Source: Tubiluchus corallicola (taxonomy: Eukaryota > Animalia > Priapulida). Taken from it: DNA of 64,000 nt. The stretch lies in contig JAQGDQ010000080.1 in assembly GCA_030141605.1 (NCBI GenBank), positions 186,001 to 250,000 on the forward strand, written 5' to 3'. A program made the position numbers and the translations under genes. The notes beneath the pieces are model-generated. The model had not been told where the DNA came from and did not search any database. It was given only the letters and a program-made list of their open reading frames with translations. Each line of letters starts with the position of its first letter. Positions within the stretch are counted from its first letter, which is position 1. Below, piece by piece: positions 12,401 through 22,900 of this stretch.

Positions 12401-15400
12401 GTTGTGAAGGCTTTGTTTACATTTTTTCTAGTTTCTTCATCGGTTATTTCCAGTTTTTCTAGGATTTCACTGACGTGAACAATGCCATCACCATTCAGAT
12501 CATAGGAACTGAGCACAAGAAGGTCCTTCCTGTTATTAAACTGACGTAGTATTGCATTCATAAATTCCCATTTAGCTTCCGTTATTGTCAAATCTGGAAA
12601 AAGCATGTAAATCACTGCAATTACATTTTAATATAAGGAAATTAATTAAGGTTAAATGTGAAATTCACAGTAAAGTGAATTTTTCTATTAAACATAATCA
12701 TATAGGTTTAGATCACTATTGCACGCTGCCCATCAAGTGTCTGATCTAACAGGCACTTGACAGTAATGTCTAATGCAGTGAAAATTTTACAAAACACACC
12801 TTTTAGTTCAGGAGTCCACTTGATTTAATAATTTTTTAGGTCAAAATATTTGATATTGTTGTTGTTTTGCCACTAGTAAAATTGTGGTGCTGCCCAAAAA
12901 AAAACAAATGTAGCTTTTTCCTCAAAATCGGCCTTTATAGAGGATGAAGTACTAAGTTATTCGTGTATATCAAGTAATGTCAAACCTGATATTTCTACCA
13001 AATGATTTCATATTATTGAAATACACATATCAGGATTTTCTGCTTTGGCATTGATTGTAGTGATTGCCAAAAAGTGGTCATTTCTTCAAGGTTTAGAGAG
13101 CCAAGGAAATGGCTTTGTGCAATTAACATTCCTATATGAATAGGTCACTTTGTCTGTCAGTCACTGTAAAAGCAGTTTGGAAGGACAAATGTTGAGAAGT
13201 TTGTTGTACAAAGGCCTGAATGCAGTCGACGTCAAAGTACTCTAGAATTTCTAAATGAACTGCACAGTTATTATGTGATAAATTTTCATGAAATTGACTT
13301 GTAAGCCCAAGTGGGCTGGAAACAGCTTTAATAACATTTTACAGTATTAATTAACACATGAATTATTACATTGTTATTATCATATGTTTATGTCAATAAA
13401 GATATTCAATCAATCAATCAATCTAAGAAACTTTTTGTTTTTAAAGAAGAGTTGTTGGATTTCTGCTTGGGAAAATGAAAAAACATGCCACTTTCATTAT
13501 ATATTCAGATTTTTGCCTTTGCAGCTGACAACCTTTTAATGTAAAGAGATTAACGTTTAAGATGTTGATAAACCGCATTTATTTTTTTTATCAAAGTAAA
13601 GCTGATCATGAACTTAAAACTCATCAGGCATTGAGTATTTGTTCATTTTGTTTGTCATTGCACTCAACAATTACGTTGGATTTTTGGAGTTTCTCCTGAA
13701 TGAGCTCTTAAGATCATAATGATTTCAATATAATTCTGAATTGAACTTAAATGTTATGTTCATATTTTGTCTTTTTGATCATAACATTTTTTTACTGACT
13801 CTGGCTGTCCTTGTGTTTAAAGCAAGGACAAAAAACTCATAATATGCATTACAATAATTATAACATATGTCATCCTGTTTTTGTTGCATTACAACTACAT
13901 AGTAATTAATAAAACATTCTTACCTAAATTTAGTGGCCTAGTAGGCAAGCCAAAATCAGGCAAAATAACACTAGGCTTGCCGCCTGGACCAGGGGGACCT
14001 ATTATAGGAGGTAGTGGTCCTGGTACACTGGGAACAACACCCCATCCGCATCCCAGTACCTCGTGGCTTACCGAACTACACAGTAGTATTACCAAGCACG
14101 TTATTTTCATTGTGACGTATCATTAATCCAAATTACCCAACAGGAGAAAAATCCCATGTTGCCTGCAAGCGTTTACAGGATGCCTACTCGTTTCCTTTCA
14201 GCACTGCTTGTATCCTGGGCTCGTCACAGCTATGACAACTTGTAACATTAGACGTAGTTAGATGGGTAATTTTCTGCAGCAAGTGTTGAGACTTTCTGAG
14301 AAAATCCCGCCTTGCTACATTGGGTGCTATAATTAGTTAGCTTTACCATTTAGTTCATTAAGTGTAATTGTTAATGCAAATGAGAATGTGTAGATATTAC
14401 TGGCATTCGAGTGCTTTATATGATATAATATCTGATGATTTTGTATTTTAAATATAACCAGGTCTATGGGATTTTAGTCTGCAGCGCACTCTGTATGCGC
14501 CCTGCTAGGAACTTTTGTTTCTCATAGGAGGTCGCATCTATGATGCTTCACTAATAAAAGTTTGAAATTATTTAGGGTGGTGGTTTTTACAAGCAACTGT
14601 TGCCACTTCCCACGTTAACATGCAACTTTGTTTGAAGTTTTTATGAATGGCACAGCTATGATGCAAGCAACTGCAAATTAACGTTTGGAAGCTTTAGCTG
14701 CACATGGGTTACATCTTTAAGACTTCGCTAACTCTTGGCAGGGTTACAGTATTATGAATTTAGGCGTTTGGAAGTCTAGCTGTCAAATTTTTCAGGTTCA
14801 AGATTGTGGGCCAGGATTATGACTTTCTAGAAACTCTGTAGTTTGTACTTATTCTGTACTTATTGAATGTGATTTGTTTTTTAATTTGTAAGAAAGTTAA
14901 CTAGTCACGTTTGTTGCACGAGAAATTTAGACATTTTCTAGTGTTAGCCCATTTAATGGCAATTATGTTGAATTTTCTTCTTGCTTTCACTCGCGCACTT
15001 TATGTAAGCATTTCTATATTTAACCATTACATATAGTACAGTAGAATATTTGCTACGCTGAGGATATCACGTGACTCTTTTGCCACGAGTGACGCCAAAG
15101 TTTGACACTTGCCAAAAATTTTCGCGACTGCGTATTCTGCCCAGGTCGCAAATCATTCGTGAAAAGTTTTAAATAAGTTCGCGCGTTCTCGGCACTTTTT
15201 TGCCAGTTTTGAGCTTTTTTCTCGAGAGAATACCACACGAAATTCGACATGTTTGCGACATATTTGCAGCTGTTTGGGTGACTTCTACGATACTTATACG
15301 ACAAGCCGAATGTTGCACGACATTTGCCCGAGTACGTTACGATCGTTTCACGGCCATTTCACAGAATTTTGGCGAAAAGAAGTGCGAGACAACCGAGGTT

Positions 15401-18400
15401 GTCCAAAATGTTCAAAAATAGTCGCAAAGTGGTGGCAGCGTCTCAAAATGTTTTCCAAGATTTCCTGGAGTTCAGAAAACACACGACAGTTATTTATTTT
15501 TATTTTAATGCAAAAGCCAAGTCTCGCGGGAAGCTGAGCTTATTTTAATGTATGGGGAAAATTTAGAAAATTTCAGCATTAAAATTGTGATAAGCATCTC
15601 GTGTAATTAGTAAAATCAATTTAAAGTCGTGATTACTTTACTCTTGGGCGCGCTAATTTTAGCGAAAAATGACGTCATCCGGTTTCCGTGCAAAATAAAA
15701 TCTTATCCCGCCAAGTAGACTAAAGCTATGTAACCACTTTAAATTTGATCGTAATTGCTCGAATGGCTAATTTCTAGATAAACACAGTTAAACACAAAAT
15801 TAGAATAACGGAACTCCTAAGCAAACTGTAGAAATTGTGCAAGTACCTTGACACAGCTTGTCTTCACGGCATTCAGGCTGCCTAGCATACACCAACTTAT
15901 GTCGTTTCTTTTAAATATGCCGGCATCAACGTTCGTTTGGCAGGAGATAAGAAATGTATTAAAAGCTAATGGTAAATAGTTTTATGATTAGCCTGTACAA
16001 GCACTAAATGTGAATTTTTCACTACATACATAAATTAAGCAGTCTAGCAGTCTCAACGATCATTGTTTTTAAAGCGTTTACGTTCATTTATAAATGTCTG
16101 CACACAATCACATATTTTACATTTATTTACAAAACCTAAATTTTCGTCTCCATGAAGTAACAAACGTATGATATTCCTTTATGCCAAATTTCTGATGTCG
16201 TCACTATCTTATAAAGCATTAAGCTTAACATAATGTGGGCAATTGAGAACAAATGTTCATATGTACATGTATCAGGAGATGCACTCCATGTACAGAAGGG
16301 CGATACTAAAGAACCATCATTACTTTTTACAATTTTTAAATGATAGGTCATAATTTTTTGTCTAAATCCTGTGCGTATGCGCGTATGGTGAATTGAACTT
16401 GGCTGTTTGCTGTAAAAAATAGTTTGGATGTTTATTAAAATCTAAGTGCTTTTTAGTTCAAGTTTAAATATTGATAAAGATCTTATTTTTACGTTTAGTT
16501 ATGGGAAGTTTCATTATTTCACGGCTTCTTTGTACTTCGGACATTCTTTACTCCATGTCAAATGCTCACCTCAGCTGTTAATGCGCTGTTCAGTTTCGGA
16601 TTCACAGGGCTTTTGCGAACACTTCTCTTCAAACAGGACTTGATCGACGCCGCTTAGCTACACGAATGTATTTGTAACAGTTGTAAAGATAATAGGCCAC
16701 TCCACTCAAGCTAAGGATCGCTTAACTTTGGCAGTAAGCGCATACCTTGAGTTCATGACCATTCATTTATTTTTCCGGAATTCATATAGAAGCTTTATGC
16801 AGGTATGCACATGCATGTTTCATCATTTTGCACAGATTGGAAGGGAGGATTGGGAGGTTGGCACATTGTCATTGTCATTGCAAGATTTTACTATTTAGAA
16901 ATATAGGTAATAATAATAATAATATAATAATAATAATAATAACAATAACAATAATAGTAATTGTAATAGTAATAGTAATAGTAATAGTAATAGTAATAGT
17001 AATAGTAATAGTAATAGTAATAGTAATAGTAATAATATTTGAAACCACCAATTGAAAAAAACAAGTTCTATGGTATTTTATTTTGATCGTCACATAATAT
17101 GTATTAAAAGTCTGCTAGTTAAGCATCTTCTGGATTTAAATATTGATTTTACCCGACTCATAAGACATATTGCTATAGTTGTGATCGATTTTCAAATGAT
17201 TAGCCTGGAGGTGAATTAGCCCGCGAATCCTCGGGCTAATTACGTCTACTATGTAATGTAGGCCTAAAACGTTTTGAGAGTTAATACGTGGGCACATATG
17301 GTGGTGATCATATTTATCGTCAGTTAATTGTTACGTTCACGTCATACATAATTACGTATTGCTTTACCCTCAATCCGCCCCATACTTCAAACGCCCCAGG
17401 GAGAAATTATTTTGTAGCTGACACGCCAAAAAAGGTGATGCATGTATACAAGGGTTAACACATTTGGTTACAATGTAAACGGCAAAACTTTCAAATGTTA
17501 ACCATTCGCGACTATATCACTTATTAGAAGCATTTGCATGTGTAATAGTAAGTGTACTGTAATGAAAGTTACTAGCAATAAACCGTTTGTCTTAAGTTTC
17601 TGTCATTATAACTTCACCATAATTAGCATTCATTCAAAGGCTTTTGCTCTCTACACATTTCGATTGTACAGCAGATATAACAACATTTATTTTCAGTGAT
17701 TTGGTTTGTTTGTTTTTTATCAAATATTACACTTGACAAGATGTTCAAAGTTGCAGTTCATAAGTTCTTCATCAAATAGGGTTCCTTCTGGGCACTGTCT
17801 AAGGTAAAACTTTCCCCAGTTGCAATGGAGCCATCTTCTGCAATTTGTTGGATCTGGAAAATTGCCAAATGGTTCCGGACAGTAAAACTGTGCATCACCT
17901 TCATAAGGTCCTACAGGAACAGTTTGACCGACATTAGGTGGCTTTGATCCTACAAAGTAAAGGGTTGCTATTAGTTAATTATTTTGATGGAGCAAATTTT
18001 ATATTGTTTTGTCATCAGTAAGACAAAAATGTTTGCTCATGGTTTATAATTTTTGTATAGCCCTATGCAAAAATTGAAACAATTTTACAATTTGAATATA
18101 TTTGGGGTCTTTGAAGGTAAGCAGCTTTTGACTATACAGGCTTAAAGCCATAGGAGTTCCTTTGTGAAATGTTTAACGTACCTACAGACAATGTGCAAGT
18201 TACTTTTTCCCTGTCACTTCCAGGCCAGAATGGAGCGTTTCGGAATTCTTGACATGAAATCGCAAAGTCTCCTGAAATGATTACATATTTTTATTAGCAC
18301 GTATCCAGATAGGAACAATGAACTATTCCGTTTGTATCGAAGGGAAAGTTACTGATTAATATTCGAGTGCTGTCTTCACCGCATCATATACAAGTCCTGA

Positions 18401-19938
18401 TACCTTATGTATAAGTGCCGAAGAGCGATTATCTTAGGCACAAGGGGTGTATTTATTATTTCAAACCAGTTTTGCTCTGGTATTACTTTGGTATTACTGC
18501 TTACTGATTAAGACTCACCTATATCTGATATCTTGCGTATTACAGTGTGAAAACTCTTTAATAACATTAGTTTTCATTTGCTTTTTGTTTTAATTTGACT
18601 GATCTGCCGGTTATCTTACTTCACTTCCGTTCAAATTTGTTTTAACGCTTCATAGTTTTAACAATTTGAACAACTGAGTAGTTTTTGGCTTTATTTACGC
18701 AGAACGCATTCAAGCGTGGGTCAGGCCAAAAAGCACTACTTTTTTACATTTACCCTAAGTCTTACCATTTACGTCTGCATCGGTGAATGCTAAGATGGCC
18801 ATCTGTTTAAGGTAATCATCATAGACTATTTTGAGAGCATTCAGGATTTCCGTTAGATCTATTTTTCCATCTTGATTCTGGTCATAAGTGTTGAAGTTTA
18901 ATAAGCGCATCTGATCCCTGTGGCCAGTCGCTAACTTATAGAAGTAGAAATATCTGTCGTCAATGTTCTCCATTTCTTTACTTTGCAGTTGATCAGTTTC
19001 ATAAGCTGTAATAGACTTTTAATGAAAATAATGTTCATGTTATTTTTACAATCACGAAGCTAGCTATAAGCATGTACGTGTACTTTATGGCACAGCTAAG
19101 ATTATTATCAAGATGCTTCTGTCGCTGTAACATTCTTAATGTTATCGGCTCAATTTATGTGTAAAATCGAATAATAAAAATATTACATTGAATTGATGGC
19201 GTCTGGATAACTATTGTTATGCAATGTACGGTGATGTAAGAGATTTACTGAAAATTTGTGAAATTCCAAAAAACTTAAAATTACAAACAATTCAAGTTAA
19301 TTGAAAGAAACAATACTGACCCGGTCTTGAAGCTCCTGGTGCCGAAGACCATCCACATCCACAGCTAAGTTTTAATATTGTCTCGAATAAAATTACGCAC
19401 AAACTCACTTGTTTGTTCATTGTCAACTGTCGAAAGATAAAAAACACAAAGCCAGATGTATGCTAACACATTCACGTAGTTCACATTAGTCGTCAGTAAT
19501 GATGCTATAGCACTTCCCAATTCTCGATATTATAATAATTATATGAATGTGCTTTTGTTTAATTAAGCCAAGCTATGAGCATTTTTTGTAACAGTTTTTA
19601 ACATAACTCGTTCTGTACTTGCAAGTAAAATGTTGCAGATCTTTGTAGAACCTGTGTAGACTCGATCTGTGTAAAAGCTGTGAGTCTCGACGTCATATTC
19701 TTTGCTGCATTTATCCTTCACTGTCTAGGCGGCTTAACTTGAGGAGGTGTTTATCTTGTCAAATTTACTTTACGTCTTATGTTTAATTTACAGCGTGTAA
19801 AACGCATCTTCAACAAAGGCTTTTTCTTCCCTATTCAATAGACTATTTTTAGAGTCTTGGTTGAGTCAAACCAAGTCTGGTGAAATCAGGTTAGAGGATG
19901 ATTTTATAGAGGAGAGGAAAAGTGATTTGCAGTGTGAC

Positions 19939-19985
<47 letters not shown>

Positions 19986-22900
19986 TCACTTGTATATATA
20001 TTGCTCTTCTATATATATATATATATATATATATAGAAGAGCAAGGCTTCGTTCCACGTACTCATATTAATCGTTATCTGAGACAGGATCTGCTTCTTTT
20101 CACGATTAGTAATTAATAATTGATGAAAACTGCCAAACCTGCTAGAAATTTAGGCAACGAATTCTCTCTCTGTGTGTGCAACTTGCTGGCCGACTATCTT
20201 TTTATTTTACTTTATTAATATAGTGAAGAAGACGTTACTGCCTGTTTGCGGTCTTAGTTAAACTTTTAGCATATGCATGTCCCAGCCTCTACTGAGGGCC
20301 CTCTAGTATCTGTGGCTTTAGCCGTCTAGCATCTATAGTTTTACCGAGTTACAATTTACTGATTTTTTTTTGTGTTTCTGGAGCGTGATCCCATTTAAAA
20401 GAAGGTGAGAAAAAAGTTGGCGACATACTGACTCGCAAACTTACGAAGTTTCAAAATATTCGAGCGAATACAACAGCAATTGAATAACTTCAGTGTAAAT
20501 CGGCACGCATTGGGCGCTCATAATGGGATAGGTAGCCAAGCAGACTTACAGTGTGGTGAGCTGTAGGTTTCAGTTGATTCACTTGTGAACTAATCAATCA
20601 TAAATGTGCTAGTGTGTATAATTAACTCTTTTACTGTAATCTAATACGAAGCACTTTTCTTTACGCAATTCTTTTGATAGTAAATTTTCTAAAGATGTTA
20701 GTTGACAAATAATAATATTAAAAAAACAGAAAAGTGTGGGAACTTGGGACTAGGGAGTATTTTTCGCAAGTTTATAAATTTTCTAAATGCAAAAAAGACG
20801 CGTTAATGTTTGGTTTGAAGTTTCGGTTTGAAGGGACACTTGTATTATGTCGAACCGAGCACACAGTCACTGTTCATCTGTTTCAGTGTTTTCCCCCAGA
20901 TAAAAGTTTAATTAAGTGAATGGTAAGATTTACTACTAGTAATAAATTTTTGATTTTTATATAATCGTTCTAACCAAGTGTTTTGTTTTATTTTTGTCTT
21001 AAGTAAATACTGTCATTTATAGTGGTCTAGGCGGGTAAGTCAAATAGTGCATGACTATAAACATGTTACAGGCAAAGTATGAAACCGGGCATTCTATTGA
21101 ATACTTAGGCATTTTATGGAGTGCTTAACCAAATCAGGCAAAGCGTCTAAATAATTTCTTTTACACATTTTCCTAGGCTTTTCTACACTTTTCACATTAT
21201 ACATAATACAAGAGTTTGTTTAGGCACAGTGTGTAATTCTTTGATTTTGAATATACTTTCATTAGGTATTTCATGGAATACTGAATGAATTTTAGTTCAT
21301 GTACAAATAAAACAAATGGTCAATTGTTTTGATATAAGTTTTCTAAGCATAGCCAATTATATATTAGGGAATGTGTGAAATAAGTCTTCTTTCTATGTGC
21401 TTGGAAATTTGTATGGTGTAACGATCTGACGATTAGGGGGTAGGTTGTTTGATCGATGGTAGTCGCTGGATAACAAATGAACTGGCCTGTGCGAAAACTC
21501 TTAGAAGGACTTAGTAATAAAGCTGCAATAAGTGCTTCGTGTAACTATGTAACTAGTAAAATTACTTTAAAATCGCGATCATTTTGTGCTTGGATGCATT
21601 CTTGTTTCAATGACGTTATTCGTCTTGAAGAAAAGTTGCGCACTATCAATCTTCATCAAATGTATAATTAGTTTTTACAAAAAAATTAGATAGCTTAAGA
21701 TATTTTATAAAATGTCTAAATTACACATTGCCTATAACATATATACTGTTCACTTGATAGATTACATAGACGATCTACGCGAAAGATTACGTAGATGGTA
21801 ACAAATAACTTTGTCTAGCAAAATGTGATGTTTGTAATCTTATTATTAGAACATTCGAGGTACTGTAGAACCTCTTTTGGCCAGAATGTTGTGTTTAAAA
21901 ATTCTGAACAAGTAATCCCGAATGAACCTGAAAAAAGTAAAAAGACAAATTTAAGTAGTAACCGTAAATCCAAGCTTAAGCGGCGTTTATCAGACATCCG
22001 GAATGCGTTGCGCTATTGTGTATCCACTTGAGAATAAACAGCCTAACTGCAGAATAACGCAACAACGCAGGCCTGATCATTTAACCGGTGCATTGAAAAC
22101 AATATACAGTTGTTTTTATCTGTAACGTAATAATGCATACGCAGTAACGCGTAACGCATTCCGGATGTCTGGTAAATGACGCTTTAAGAAAAATTTACAC
22201 GTTTTTAATTCATTGCGGAAAGTTACTAGTAGCTAGTTGAAATTTATGGCTTTTATAATGGTTATCCGTGCATCTTGTTTGAACTTGAGTTTTATTAGAT
22301 TTTGAAAGCACTGTTTCAACAGCTTTACAAGTCTGCGAGAGTAGTATGCTACTAGTGATTTAATGCATAAGAACACTGCATTACATAACGAACAAAACAA
22401 TTTCATTTTTAATAGGCTTGGCATACATCATTGCAAATACTAATAAACAAAGATTATGGAATATGGATGGAATCGCGGATATGATTTATTTTTGTTCTCT
22501 AATATTTAAAGCAAAATATCTATCTTACCATTTGTGTCGACTTGTCGAAAGACTGAATAAGCAAGGCCTTCAATATTTGTATTTCCGTTTGTTTTTAAAG
22601 CTTCTCTAACTTCGTGAAAATGAATGCAATTGTCATTATCCGAGTCGAAGTACGAAAAGTCGAAATACGGCGAGATTAGAATCCCACGCAAAATTTCAAA
22701 AATTTCACAAGCTACAAGAGGTTTTATGTCATCTGACCATACCACGCTGTTAATGAATTCCCCACAGCTAATCCGTCCATCATCTATATTAAACAGATTG
22801 CCGAACAGTTAGTTATTGATTAAATTATAGCGAAGAATAACGTAACATGACTTTCTATGTTAGTACATATTCAATTATGTTTTTGTGATGACTGTACTTT

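Noticed and set aside
16828-17093. Poly-IV and poly-IT ORFs
   Set aside because: Translations of the (TAATAG)n microsatellite.
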